Positions 19,135-28,958 of a stretch of DNA of 64,000 bases are shown here, piece after piece. Source of the DNA: a candidate division WOR-3 bacterium (GTDB lineage Bacteria; Hydrothermota; Tepidihabitantia; SM23-42; CAYGYG01); contig CBFGIV010000006.1 in the NCBI GenBank assembly GCA_965648915.1, positions 2,109 to 66,108 on the forward strand, read 5' to 3'. A program made the translations under genes and the position numbers. The notes under the pieces were generated by a model. The model ran no database searches, was not told where the DNA came from, and saw nothing but the letters and a program-made list of their open reading frames with translations. How positions within the stretch are numbered: the stretch's first letter is position 1; each line of letters starts with the position of its first letter.

Positions 19135-19407
19135 TCTTGGGTCGGGAATTTTAACTCTTTGATAATTCCGGTGTCCACAAGATAAATGATTTGCCCGCCG
19201 TCAACGGAATTTCTTGCCAATCTATCGGGGTGCCACGCTAAAATTCCCCCTGCTTCGCCTGCTTCAATTCGTTTTAACATTTCGGCGAACGCTGGACGGC
19301 CCGGTTTCTTTGCAGTTTGTTTTTCAACAAGAATATCGCCGATCTTCATTATCCGTTGACTTGCGGGCGTAGATGAAAAACTTTTTGGTTTGATTTTCTT
19401 TTGTCAT
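19135..19407 (-). pseudogene. Serine recombinase (resolvase/invertase family) pseudogene: internal frameshift and 3' truncation by the IS3 insertion
   Basis: Frame A from ATG 19407 reads MTKENQTKKFFIYARKSTDNED (catalytic YaRxST motif) then hits a stop. Frame B (ORF 19110-19349) continues AKKPGRPAFAEMLKRIEAGEAGGILAWHPDRLARN (RPGF...DRLGRN region). The reading frame runs straight into the IS right terminus. Confidence 0.6.
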
Positions 19408-19637
19408 ATTATAAGGCAGTCAAAATATTTAAAATTATCGCTTTGCCTTTCGCCGAAGGCGAAAGAAAAAGATTGGTTAATAAATTTTTCAAATTTATGT
19501 TTGCCTTCGGCAAACAGAACTTCCGTTTGATCGGGCAAAAATTGTTTTTGGATTTCAAAAATCCGTATAAAATCATTGCTTTTGCCGAGCCCGAGCGAAG
19601 CGAGGCAACAACTCTCAAAAACACCAAAACTGAAAAT

Positions 19638-19730
19638 TGGCGGAGAGAGAGGGATTTGAACCCCCGATCCACCTTTTCGGCGGATACGCGATTTCGAGTC
19701 GCGCGCCTTCATCCACTCGGCCATCTCTCC
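19638..19730 (-). tRNA. tRNA-Ser (anticodon CGA)
   Basis: Cloverleaf: acceptor GGAGAGA/TCTCTCC, anticodon arm CGCGA-CTCGAAA-TCGCG (U33, anticodon CGA, A37), long variable arm, T-loop GTTCAAATCC, discriminator G, encoded CCA. Confidence 0.85.
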
Positions 19731-20191
19731 GATCTTTTCCTTCTTTTCTTTTTGAAAAAATCTCTCATCAATCTTTCAGCTTTTTCGCGACAGATACCTT
19801 CCACAACAGCGATTCGGTGATTTAATTTCCGTTCGTTAGCGATGTTAAAGACCGAACCACAACCTCCAAATTTTTTATCCCGGGCACCGAAAATTATCTT
19901 TTTAACCCGGGCCAGCACCAGGGCGCTGGCGCACATAATGCAGGGCTCAATGGTCACATAGACTGTGACGCCTTTCAACCGCCAGTTACCCAGATGATTG
20001 GCGGCCGAAGTGAGGGCAATCATCTCGGCATGTGCTGTGGCATCCTTGAGTCGCTCGATCTGATTGTGTCCGCGACTGATGATTCTGTTGTCCAGAACCA
20101 TTATGCAACCAACAGGCACTTCATCCTCAGCAAATGCCTTCTCGGCTTCTTTTAAGGCCTCAGACATAAAATAATCATCGGTATGATTCAT
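19709..20191 (-). CDS. tadA: tRNA-specific adenosine-34 deaminase TadA
   Basis: 160 aa. CDA-fold zinc ligands HAEMIAL ... PCIMCASAL. The basic C-terminal tail overlaps the 5' end of tRNA-Ser by about 22 nt. Confidence 0.85.
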   Translation of the reverse strand: MNHTDDYFMSEALKEAEKAFAEDEVPVGCIMVLDNRIISRGHNQIERLKDATAHAEMIALTSAANHLGNWRLKGVTVYVTIEPCIMCASALVLARVKKIIFGARDKKFGGCGSVFNIANERKLNHRIAVVEGICREKAERLMRDFFKKKRRKRSERWPSG

Positions 20192-20235
20192 ATCTTTCGT
20201 CGGTGTGCTATTAGTGCCGTTTCAGTTGCTGACTA

Positions 20236-20309
20236 CGCGCTCGGCGTGGCTCGAACACGCAGCCTGCGGATTCGTAGTCCGCCGCTCTATCCAATTGAGC
20301 TACGAGCGC
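20236..20309 (-). tRNA. tRNA-Arg (anticodon ACG)
   Basis: Acceptor GCGCTCG/CGAGCGC, D-arm TAGCTCAATTGGATAGAGC, anticodon arm GCGGA-CTACGAA-TCCGC (anticodon ACG), T-arm GCGTG-TTCGAGC-CACGC, discriminator G, CCA not encoded. Closely parallels E. coli tRNA-Arg(ACG). Confidence 0.85.
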
Positions 20310-20382
20310 AAAAATAAATATTCGATTTCAGAGACCGATAACTTCATTTAATCAGCAGGTCCGTATCTATTATCTTCTATTT

Positions 20383-20410
20383 ATTATATTGATTTTATTA
20401 CTTCCGTCAA
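20383..20410 (-). promoter_or_regulatory. Candidate sigma-70 promoter for tRNA-Arg - tadA - tRNA-Ser transcription unit (TTGACG-N16-TATAAT)
   Basis: Minus strand: TTGACG (20410-20405), 16-nt spacer, TATAAT (20388-20383), about 70 nt upstream of the tRNA-Arg 5' end. Confidence 0.45.
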
Positions 20411-20524
20411 TTGACAAAATGTAGATTAACTTGCACCCATCACCCCCGATGCTTAGGTCTATTTACACTTCAGCCTTGACCATTAATCAATTCTGAATAG
20501 AATAGAGGCGGAGGAAAATAGAAT

Positions 20525-22066
20525 ATGTTAGCAAAGGTGCTCTCTTCGGCAACTTACGGAATTGATGCATATATTGTTGAGGTGGAGGTTGATCTTTCAA
20601 GTGGCTTACCGCAATTTACCACCGTTGGTCTGCCCGAAGGGGCGGTCAAAGAGTCCAAGGACCGGGTCTTTGCGGCGATAAAGAATGCGGGATATAAATT
20701 TCCCTCAAAACGGATCACCGTCAACTTAGCACCGGCTGATATCAAGAAAGAAGGTTCAAGTTTTGACCTGCCGATTGCAATCGGCATCCTTGCAGCAACC
20801 GCAGCGGTCAGGTCGAATCGATTGAAAGATGTCATTATCCTCGGTGAACTCTCGCTCGATGGCTCTCTAAGACCGATCAAAGGTGCGATCTCGATTGCCC
20901 TGGCCGCGAAAGAGAGAGGGTTTGAGGGAGTAATCCTACCTAAGGCAAATGGTCCGGAGGCGGCGATTGTGGAAGGGATCAAGATCTACAGCGCCGATAA
21001 TCTCATTCAGGTTGTTCAATTCTTAAATGGTGAGGGTGAGATTGAGCCCGAAGTTGTGGATCGTGTTCAACTCTTCAATCAGGTCTCTTCTTATATGATA
21101 GATTTTGCCGAGGTCAAAGGGCAGCACCATGCCAAACGGGCACTTGAGGTTGCGGCGGCGGGTGGCCATAACATCCTGATGATTGGCCCGCCCGGGACGG
21201 GCAAGACGATGCTGGCGCGGAGGCTGGTTACAATTCTTCCTGAGATGACACTCGATGAGGCTCTGGAGTCGACGAAGATCCATAGTGTCGCGGGTGCCCT
21301 GCCACCCAATCAACCCCTGATTGGAACACGACCATTTCGTGCCCCGCATCACACCATATCTGATGCCGGGATAATCGGTGGTGGTCATATCCCCAAGCCC
21401 GGGGAGGTTTCGCTTGCTCATAATGGAGTTCTCTTCTTAGATGAGTTGCCCGAATTTCATAAGAATGTCCTTGAGGTTTTGCGCCAGCCCCTCGAAGACG
21501 GTTTTGTTACGATCGGCCGGGCCAAGATGACCCTGACCTATCCCGCCCGTTTTATGCTGGCGGCGGCAATGAACCCCTGCCCCTGCGGATATTTTTCCGA
21601 TCCATACCATGAGTGTCAGTGCACGCCACTTTCGATCCAGAAATATCATGCGAAGATCTCGGGTCCGCTCCTCGATCGCATTGATATCCATATTGAGGTG
21701 CCAGCCCTTAAATACGATGAACTTTCGACCAAAGACCTGGCAGAACCATCAGTAAAGATCCGGGAGCGTATCAATCAGGCACGAAGAATTCAATTAGAAA
21801 GATTTAAGAAACGGAAGAAGATATTCTGTAATGCCCATATGGAGGCAAAGGACATTAGAAGGTTTTGCCCGATTGATGAAGCGGGTGAGGCCCTGCTTAA
21901 AACAGCAATCGAAAAGTTTGGTCTATCGGCCCGTGCCTATGATAAGGTATTAAAAGTCGCTCGGACCATTGCCGACTTAGACAATTCAGAAAATATCAAG
22001 ACCCACCATATTGCCGAAGCAATTCAATACCGGAGCCTGGACAGAAATATCTGGCAGAAGATTTAG
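20525..22066 (+). CDS. comM: Mg-chelatase-family AAA+ ATPase YifB/ComM
   Basis: 513 aa. Lon-protease-like N-domain, Walker A GPPGTGKT, ChlI-type AAA+ core and C-terminal domain. Confidence 0.85.
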   Translation: MLAKVLSSATYGIDAYIVEVEVDLSSGLPQFTTVGLPEGAVKESKDRVFAAIKNAGYKFPSKRITVNLAPADIKKEGSSFDLPIAIGILAATAAVRSNRLKDVIILGELSLDGSLRPIKGAISIALAAKERGFEGVILPKANGPEAAIVEGIKIYSADNLIQVVQFLNGEGEIEPEVVDRVQLFNQVSSYMIDFAEVKGQHHAKRALEVAAAGGHNILMIGPPGTGKTMLARRLVTILPEMTLDEALESTKIHSVAGALPPNQPLIGTRPFRAPHHTISDAGIIGGGHIPKPGEVSLAHNGVLFLDELPEFHKNVLEVLRQPLEDGFVTIGRAKMTLTYPARFMLAAAMNPCPCGYFSDPYHECQCTPLSIQKYHAKISGPLLDRIDIHIEVPALKYDELSTKDLAEPSVKIRERINQARRIQLERFKKRKKIFCNAHMEAKDIRRFCPIDEAGEALLKTAIEKFGLSARAYDKVLKVARTIADLDNSENIKTHHIAEAIQYRSLDRNIWQKI

Positions 22067-22185
22067 TCGTTCTTCTGTCTGAGATTGTACTTTTCTTTAA
22101 TAAATTTCAGGAATCAACTCTCTTCTTCAGTAATTTACTGAATTTGCAAGAATAGAGGAGTGGGTGGCGAGAAAAAAACAAATCA

Positions 22186-22213
22186 TTGACTTATGGAATA
22201 TTTCGGCTATACT
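22186..22213 (+). promoter_or_regulatory. Candidate sigma-70 promoter upstream of tdh-kbl (TTGACT-N16-TATACT)
   Basis: TTGACT 22186-22191, TATACT 22208-22213, about 110-nt leader to the tdh ATG. Confidence 0.35.
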
Positions 22214-22328
22214 TAAATATATTCTAATTGTGTTGCAGACAGGAAATAGTGTTATCTTAAATGTCCAGGTTTACTCACGAAAACCACGGTAATCCTTACA
22301 GTGCAATTATTCTTTACGGAGGTTTGCT

Positions 22329-23366
22329 ATGGCAACAATGAAGGCGGTCGTCAAGATAAAACCAGAACCAGGTGCAGAATTTTTAGATGTTCCAATCCCC
22401 ACACCAGGACCCGACGAGGTCCTGGTCAAAGTTTTAACGACATCAATCTGTGGAACAGATTTCCATATTTTCCAATGGAATGAGTGGGCACAGAAACGTA
22501 TCAAAAATATCCCCCAGATAATGGGTCATGAATTATGTGGACAGGTTGTGGAACTTGGTTCAAATGTCAAGAATATAAAAAAAGATAGCATTATTTCTGC
22601 AGAGACCCATATTGCGTGTGGACATTGTTATCTCTGCAAGACGGGGAATGCCCATATCTGTGAGAATGTAAAAATCTTTGGCGTTGATCTTGATGGTGTA
22701 TTCGCTGAATATGCGGTTGTGCCCGCAAGTAATGCCTGGGTTATTGAGGAAGAAATCCCAAATGACTATATCTCGGTTATGGAACCGCTGGGTAATGCCA
22801 TACATACCGCCCTTGCGGGTGAGATTGCAGGTAATACAGTCTTAATTACGGGCTGCGGTCCGATCGGGCTTATGTCCATTCCGGTTTGTAAGACCTGCGG
22901 GGCAACAAAAGTAATTGTAACCGAAATCAATGACTATCGTTTACAATTAGCCAAAAAGATGGGCGCAGATGTTGTGGTTAATCCTCTAAAAAATAAGGTC
23001 GTTGAATCAGTCCTTCAAAATACCAACGGTCGAGGTGTTGATGTTGTTCTTGAGATGTCGGGCAGTCAAAATGCAATAAATGAAGGGCTCAAGTCTTTGC
23101 GGCCCGGTGGCAGGTATTCAATACTGGGAATTCCGGATAAACCCTTAAAAATAGACATTGCGGAAATTGTATTTAAATATTTTACTATTCAAGGTATCAA
23201 TGGGAGATTGATGTTCTCCACCTGGTATAAGACAACAAGATTTCTTGCCTCAGGCCGGATTGACCTTGACCAGGTAATTACCCATCGGTTCCGGCTTGAG
23301 GAATTTCAAAAGGGAATGGAATTAATGGAAAATGGTAATTGCGGTAAGATACTTTTATATCCATAA
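22329..23366 (+). CDS. tdh: L-threonine 3-dehydrogenase (Zn-dependent MDR)
   Basis: 345 aa. Zn ADH signature GHELCGQV, structural Zn cysteines ([10 protein letters not shown]), NAD fold GCGPIG. Paired with kbl. Confidence 0.9.
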   Translation: MATMKAVVKIKPEPGAEFLDVPIPTPGPDEVLVKVLTTSICGTDFHIFQWNEWAQKRIKNIPQIMGHELCGQVVELGSNVKNIKKDSIISAETHIACGHCYLCKTGNAHICENVKIFGVDLDGVFAEYAVVPASNAWVIEEEIPNDYISVMEPLGNAIHTALAGEIAGNTVLITGCGPIGLMSIPVCKTCGATKVIVTEINDYRLQLAKKMGADVVVNPLKNKVVESVLQNTNGRGVDVVLEMSGSQNAINEGLKSLRPGGRYSILGIPDKPLKIDIAEIVFKYFTIQGINGRLMFSTWYKTTRFLASGRIDLDQVITHRFRLEEFQKGMELMENGNCGKILLYP

Positions 23367-23404
23367 ATTCTATTCTTTATTATCACTTAACAAAGGGGAA
23401 AGGT

Positions 23405-24652
23405 ATGGCATTCAGTGAAAGAATGAAAGAACTTTATACCAAACAGTTAAGCGAAATAAAAAATGCTGGTCTATATAAAGAAGAAAGGTATATCGTTACT
23501 CCACAGTCTGCTGAGATAAAAGTTGAATATCCGCCGGGGACAGAGAGTAAAGAGGTTCTCAATTTTTGCGCGAACAACTATCTTGGACTTTCCAGCCACC
23601 CCGAATTGATTAAGGCAGCAAAAAAGGGTCTGGATACACATGGTTATGGGATGTCATCGGTCCGTTTTATCTGCGGTACCCAGGATATCCATAAAATCCT
23701 CGAAAAAAAGATCTCCGAGTTCTTAATGACCGAGGATACAATCCTTTACTCTTCCTGTTTTGATGCCAATGGGGGATTGTTTGAAACACTCCTTTCTGAG
23801 GAGGATGCAGTAATTTCAGATGAATTGAACCATGCCTCAATTATTGATGGGATTAGACTGTGTAAAGCAGAGCGCCACCGATTCAAACATGGAGATATGA
23901 AAGACCTTGAAGAGCATTTAATACAGACCAGAAGTAAAAGACTCAGGATGGTTGCTACAGATGGTGTTTTTTCTATGGATGGCGATATTGCAAAATTAGA
24001 TGAAATCTGCGGAGTTGCGGAAAAATACGATGCTCTGGTAATGGTCGATGATTCCCATGCCACAGGATTCTTGGGCAAGACAGGTAGGGGTACCCATGAA
24101 TACCGTGGTGTGATGGGGCGGATTGATTTAATCACCACAACGCTGGGTAAGGCAATGGGTGGCGCCAGTGGAGGATGCACCTCAGGCCGGAAGGAATTAA
24201 TTGAAATTTTAAGACAGCGGTCAAGACCTTATCTATTTTCCAATACAGTAAGTCCAGTAGTAATCTCGGCCTCAATTGTGGCGATTGACCTGTTAACAAA
24301 ATCCACAGGGTTAAGGGATAAACTTGAAGAGAATACAAAATATTTCCGCACCCGAATGACCGAGGCGGGATTTGATATTAAAACAGGTGTTCACCCCATT
24401 GTTCCCATAATGCTTTATAATGCAAAACTCGCCCAAGATTTTGCCCGGGACCTTTATGACGAAGGAATATACGTTATTGGCTTCTTCTATCCGGTTGTAC
24501 CCAAAGGCGAAGCAAGGATCCGGGTTCAGATTTCTGCAGTCCATGAGAAGGGGCACCTTGATAAGGCAATCGAGGCCTTCAAGAAAGTCGGTGAGAAGTA
24601 TAAAATTTTAGGTAAGAAGAAAGACGAGATTATCGCGATGTACGGACTATAG
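23405..24652 (+). CDS. kbl: 2-amino-3-ketobutyrate CoA ligase (glycine C-acetyltransferase)
   Basis: 415 aa. Class-II aminotransferase / alpha-oxoamine synthase fold with PLP lysine context [12 protein letters not shown]. Classic tdh-kbl threonine degradation pair. Confidence 0.9.
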   Translation: MAFSERMKELYTKQLSEIKNAGLYKEERYIVTPQSAEIKVEYPPGTESKEVLNFCANNYLGLSSHPELIKAAKKGLDTHGYGMSSVRFICGTQDIHKILEKKISEFLMTEDTILYSSCFDANGGLFETLLSEEDAVISDELNHASIIDGIRLCKAERHRFKHGDMKDLEEHLIQTRSKRLRMVATDGVFSMDGDIAKLDEICGVAEKYDALVMVDDSHATGFLGKTGRGTHEYRGVMGRIDLITTTLGKAMGGASGGCTSGRKELIEILRQRSRPYLFSNTVSPVVISASIVAIDLLTKSTGLRDKLEENTKYFRTRMTEAGFDIKTGVHPIVPIMLYNAKLAQDFARDLYDEGIYVIGFFYPVVPKGEARIRVQISAVHEKGHLDKAIEAFKKVGEKYKILGKKKDEIIAMYGL

Positions 24653-24688
24653 TCTGTGCTGAAAAGAATAGAATTAAATTATCGGAAA

Positions 24689-24991
24689 TTAGATCTTGTC
24701 CAGATTTACCCTTAAAAGCCCTACATTGGTATTGCGTTCCGCAACAATAAAGGCAACGCTATCCTCGGTCTTTTTGGAGAGAAATGTTATCTTGTGAGTA
24801 TAGAGGAGCAACTTCATCTCCTCATCAGCAAAGAGCCTTTTAAGTTCCTGCTGGATCTTCGCGGCCATTGCCCCAAAACGTTCGGCATCATAGCCATAGG
24901 AAAACTGGCTGTCGATGATAAAACCATCTTCGGAGACAAGGCCGACACCAATTACACCCGGTAGTTTACTCAAGGCTTGAAAATTTTTCAT
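24689..24991 (-). CDS. Roadblock/LC7 (MglB-like) domain protein
   Basis: 100 aa. LPGVIGVGLVSEDGFIIDS ... AAKIQQELKRL pattern of the Roadblock/LC7 fold. Last gene of the che-TPR-roadblock operon, 4-nt overlap with the upstream gene. Confidence 0.6.
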   Translation of the reverse strand: MKNFQALSKLPGVIGVGLVSEDGFIIDSQFSYGYDAERFGAMAAKIQQELKRLFADEEMKLLLYTHKITFLSKKTEDSVAFIVAERNTNVGLLRVNLDKI

Positions 24992-25947
24992 TCGAGGATC
25001 TCCTTTAACTCGTTTAATATCTTACCACAGAAGGTGAAGACCAGACCGGGTTTTGTGGTTGCCAGTGTAATTACGGAGAGTATTGCTTCCTGGGAGGCAA
25101 AGATATAGATTGTCTCTTCTTTCCTTTCGATAACACCCCGTTCAAATACACCCTGTTCGAGGAAATTAAAACAGGAGGTCGCTTCGTTGTAAATTGCGGC
25201 AATCGAAGCGGCATATTCATCGGCATTCAGATCCGGTCTCAGATAATTACCAATGATCAATCCATCGGGCGTAATCACCAGAGCACCCCTTACTGATTCG
25301 AGATTGATGAGGCTGGTCATTATCTTATCGAGTTTCGCTTTAACAGGGATCTCTTGAAGGACAGGCGACTCAGGCAGGGTTGGTGCTTCCGGTTCCGATT
25401 CAGAAATCTTTAACAGTTGAGAGGTGTCGACAATTCTTTCTATCTCGGCCGAGATGACTTCTTCAGGTTTTAATTCTTCTTCAGTGGGCTGGGTAGGGGT
25501 GCTGATTAATTCCGGCCCTGCTACTTTTGCCTCTTCAACAGTTTCACTTTTAATATCAACTGCCGGTTTCATTTCGCTTTCAACTTCTTTGACCAGATTT
25601 CTTACTTCATTATCTTTCGGATTAAGTTCCAGTGCCCGATTGTAATACTCTAATGCCCTGTCTAAATTTTCTAATTTTCGCTGAACATGGCCGAGGTAGA
25701 CATAGCCAGAGACCATCTTGGGATCATTGGTGATGGTCTGGATAAACTTTTCCTCGGCAGATTTAAAATCATTCTTTAAGTAATACGCCTTACCGAGCAG
25801 AAAATGGCCAAAATTATATGTCGGGTTACGTAATAAGCCATCTTTGAGGATAGCAATGGCCTCATCATACATACCCGAGTCGATGTAGACCTCGGCGAGG
25901 GATGCAAAGATCAACGCCCCTCGATCAATCTCAAGTTCATCAGGCAA
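24988..25947 (-). CDS. TPR-repeat protein with C-terminal Roadblock/LC7 domain
   Basis: 319 aa. N-terminal 3-4 TPRs, an E/P/T-rich linker, and a C-terminal VRGALVITPDGLIIGNY...AAIYNEATS Roadblock-like domain. 8-nt overlap with the upstream TPR gene. Confidence 0.6.
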   Translation of the reverse strand: MPDELEIDRGALIFASLAEVYIDSGMYDEAIAILKDGLLRNPTYNFGHFLLGKAYYLKNDFKSAEEKFIQTITNDPKMVSGYVYLGHVQRKLENLDRALEYYNRALELNPKDNEVRNLVKEVESEMKPAVDIKSETVEEAKVAGPELISTPTQPTEEELKPEEVISAEIERIVDTSQLLKISESEPEAPTLPESPVLQEIPVKAKLDKIMTSLINLESVRGALVITPDGLIIGNYLRPDLNADEYAASIAAIYNEATSCFNFLEQGVFERGVIERKEETIYIFASQEAILSVITLATTKPGLVFTFCGKILNELKEILE

Positions 25948-28348
25948 CCTGTTCTCCCTTTTTTAGTAATTCTTCAAGTTCAATAGTAACTTCAAGACAA
26001 TTCCTGATTTTAGTGGCTAAATCTTTTTCCGGGTTGAGTAAGAGCCCTTTCTTCCAGGCATTACAGGCGTCATCAAACTGCCCGCGCTGGGCATAGATCA
26101 GGCCGAGATGATAATAGGGCAGACTCTTAGAAGGATCGATCGATATTGCCCGGGTCAACTGTTTCACCGCATTGATATAATCCTTTTTCTTGATGAGAAA
26201 AAGGCCGTTGAGGATATGAAGATCGTAATTTCCGGCGTATTTTTCATTGATGGAGGCTAAAATATTTTCGGTTTCGTCAAGTTTTTCTTTCCTCAGGTAA
26301 ATCCGGGCCATACCTAAATTGGCATCGATATTATCCGGATCGCGCTGTTTAACCTGCTGATAATAATTCAGTGCTTCATCCAGCTGGTTGAGTTCATATT
26401 TTATATTACCTAAAGTTATTGAATTCCTAATATTTTCTGGCTGAAGGTTGGCAAGGCGTGAGAAGACCGGTAATGCCTTTTCAAAATTGTGTTCTTTCAG
26501 GTATATTTCACCAGCAAGTTCCAAGGCTTCAATATTGTCCGGTGCCTCAGTATTGATAATTTTATCGAGATAAAAGATCGCCTCTTCACTCTCACCGGTT
26601 AGATTTAATATCCGCGCTTTCAGGATCCGGCCGCCGAGGTGATTTTCATCAAGTTTAAAAAGTTCATCAATTGCCTCCTCGGCCTTTTCCAGTTCCATTT
26701 TCCTGAAAGATTCAAGTGCTCGCTCATATATCTTTTCCGAAGTTTCAATCTCAATCTCCTGAATAGCCTCTTCGACGACCCTGGCCTCAACAATAGACTC
26801 TTGGTCCATTTTGGCGCTCACATAAATCCCGAATTCAACAAGTTCATTTGAGAGCGAGAGTCGATATCTCTCTTTTTCATATTTAGGATCGATCTCAATA
26901 CCTTTTTTGATATACTCGATCGATTGGTCGAAATTACCTATTTTGGTATAGGCCAGGCCCAGATTATAGTAGGCGGCAGCATTGTTAGGAGCGATGCTTA
27001 AAACCTTCTTAAAATAGTTAATTGCCTCTTCATCCCGGCCGAGGCTCAAGGCGACCAAACCCTGACCAAGGAGATCCTCAATTGTTTCACCGCTGAATAG
27101 TTTCTGGGCTTTTTCAAAATCACCCCGGGCTAAGGCGATGTAGCCAAGATTGTAATTGGCGTCAAAGTTGTTATTTTTCTGCGCGCGTTCAAAATAATCC
27201 AGGGCCTCATTGGGTTTATTTTCCTTCAATAATCTTACCGCGATATTATTTAAGGTTGGGCCATAATCTCTATTCAGACTTATCGCCTTCTTGTACCAGG
27301 TAATGCACTCCTTTCGTTGGTTGAGTAAATGATAGACTACCCCCAACGCATTGGCGATTTCGACCGAGTCGGGAGAATACTTAAAACCCTCAGTTAAGAT
27401 CTGTACCGCATCCTGATATCGATTTGCCAGGATCAAGGCTTCACCGAGGTAGTTATAGACTTTACCATTCTGGGGTTGAAGTTTAAGACAGGCCTCAAAC
27501 TCTTTAATTGCTTCATTGAAGAGCCCTTTAAATCGATAGTTAATGGCTAAATTTAAGTGGGTAGTAAATTCATCAGTCGAAATCTTCGGCGTTTCGATAC
27601 TCATCTTCAATATCTCTGCATATCCCTTATGCCGTTTTAAGTCGATCGGGAGATTGGGCTCAAACTGGGCAAGCGCAGGATTGAGTTCGGTGGCGCGCTG
27701 AATTGACGCCAGGGCTTCGTTTAATAACCCCTTTTCGCCGTAGGCAAAACCGAGTAGAAAATGGACCTCGGCCAGATTGGGGTCAAGTTCTAATGTCTTA
27801 TTAAAGGCGGTTATGGCCAGGTCGATAGCCCCGCGGTTAAAATAGGCCTCACCTAAGTGCCGGTAGAGGGCAGCAGACGGTTGAATATCAAGCGCCGCCT
27901 TGAATTCTTTGACCGCGTCATCATAACGGCCGATCGTTTTATAGATAATACCAAGACCGGTATGTGCTTGGATTGACCTCGGATTTATTTCTAAGACCCG
28001 GTTGTAGCTACTGATTGCCATCGCATTATTACCCATCTTCTTGAAGGTCTCAGCCAATTCGAGTTGCTTGGCCTCATCGTTGGGCGCTTTGGCTGCCTCC
28101 CGCTCCATTTTATCGAGATATTCTCGATATTTACCCGATTTCTTCAATACCAGTTCCAGATTGTTCTTGGCCAGTGTAAAGTTGGGGTCGATCTCTAAGG
28201 CCTTTTTTAATTCCTCAATTGCTTCGTCATAAAGTCCCTTATTGAAATATACAACAGCCAGATTATTTCTGGCGCCTGAATCATTAGGGGGGATACGGGC
28301 GGAAAAACTCTTAAGGATCCTTAATTCTTCTTCAGAGACTGGACTCAT
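25940..28348 (-). CDS. Large tetratricopeptide-repeat (TPR) protein
   Basis: 802 aa, more than 15 TPR units (W-LG-Y-A-F-A-P consensus positions recurrent). 4-nt overlap with the cheC stop. Confidence 0.7.
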   Translation of the reverse strand: MSPVSEEELRILKSFSARIPPNDSGARNNLAVVYFNKGLYDEAIEELKKALEIDPNFTLAKNNLELVLKKSGKYREYLDKMEREAAKAPNDEAKQLELAETFKKMGNNAMAISSYNRVLEINPRSIQAHTGLGIIYKTIGRYDDAVKEFKAALDIQPSAALYRHLGEAYFNRGAIDLAITAFNKTLELDPNLAEVHFLLGFAYGEKGLLNEALASIQRATELNPALAQFEPNLPIDLKRHKGYAEILKMSIETPKISTDEFTTHLNLAINYRFKGLFNEAIKEFEACLKLQPQNGKVYNYLGEALILANRYQDAVQILTEGFKYSPDSVEIANALGVVYHLLNQRKECITWYKKAISLNRDYGPTLNNIAVRLLKENKPNEALDYFERAQKNNNFDANYNLGYIALARGDFEKAQKLFSGETIEDLLGQGLVALSLGRDEEAINYFKKVLSIAPNNAAAYYNLGLAYTKIGNFDQSIEYIKKGIEIDPKYEKERYRLSLSNELVEFGIYVSAKMDQESIVEARVVEEAIQEIEIETSEKIYERALESFRKMELEKAEEAIDELFKLDENHLGGRILKARILNLTGESEEAIFYLDKIINTEAPDNIEALELAGEIYLKEHNFEKALPVFSRLANLQPENIRNSITLGNIKYELNQLDEALNYYQQVKQRDPDNIDANLGMARIYLRKEKLDETENILASINEKYAGNYDLHILNGLFLIKKKDYINAVKQLTRAISIDPSKSLPYYHLGLIYAQRGQFDDACNAWKKGLLLNPEKDLATKIRNCLEVTIELEELLKKGEQVA

Positions 28349-28956
28349 AGGAGGTTTAATTTCTTCAGGATTATCTTTAAACTTGAAACATCAGGCAGGA
28401 GCAGAAAATAAGCCTTCATCACCCGGGAATCGTTACTAAAAGTAAATTCAGTCTCCAGGCATATTATTGTATCTTTCTCTGTACCAAACTCCAGAACGAC
28501 ACTGGAGAGCACGGCACCCACCATATCGACTACCATACCCGGGACCGAGGGGAGAATGAGGACATCAAGAAATTCACCGAGCGTGTTCATATAAGAACAG
28601 GATAGAATATTGGATACTTCTTTGAGTAATGATTCGGTCAATTCACTACGGTCCCGGTCACTGGAACTCGGTATTAACATTTCAACCAGGGAATCGGCAT
28701 CCTCTTTAGGATAGATTAAGAGGGAGCGGCCGGTTAGATCACCAAGAAAATACATTAAGATTGAGGTGACGATTGTCTCCGGGCTGGCGACACGATAGAT
28801 GACCTCTTCCAGCGGGCCGATTAAAACTTCGGGAACCCGTACCATTACTTTCTGATGGACCAACTGGGAAAGCGCTGTGGCAGCATGGCAGCCGCCGATA
28901 TTAGCAACCTCTTTTAAGGCATCAAGTTGAACGGCATTTAAATTTTTAATATCCAT
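28345..28956 (-). CDS. cheC: CheC-family CheY-P phosphatase
   Basis: 203 aa. Two CheC/CheX/FliY-type active-site repeats (LKEVANIGGCHAATALSQL...VPEV and LKEVSNILSCSYMNTLGEFL...LPSVP, i.e. E-x2-N-x22-P). Confidence 0.65.
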   Translation of the reverse strand: MDIKNLNAVQLDALKEVANIGGCHAATALSQLVHQKVMVRVPEVLIGPLEEVIYRVASPETIVTSILMYFLGDLTGRSLLIYPKEDADSLVEMLIPSSSDRDRSELTESLLKEVSNILSCSYMNTLGEFLDVLILPSVPGMVVDMVGAVLSSVVLEFGTEKDTIICLETEFTFSNDSRVMKAYFLLLPDVSSLKIILKKLNLL

Positions 28957-28958
28957 TT

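Noticed and set aside
19401-19825. Overlapping ORFs 19401-19820(+), 19404-19724(-), 19409-19672(-), 19637-19825(+)
   Set aside because: They tile the tRNA-Ser gene and the hairpin-rich spacer. Their translations contain the familiar tRNA-derived EGFEPP-type strings, so they are artefacts.
22067-22328. Possible ncRNA or riboswitch in the 260-nt gap upstream of tdh
   Set aside because: No conserved riboswitch cores (e.g. glycine, T-box) or stable structures recognised by eye. Contains only a promoter-like element.
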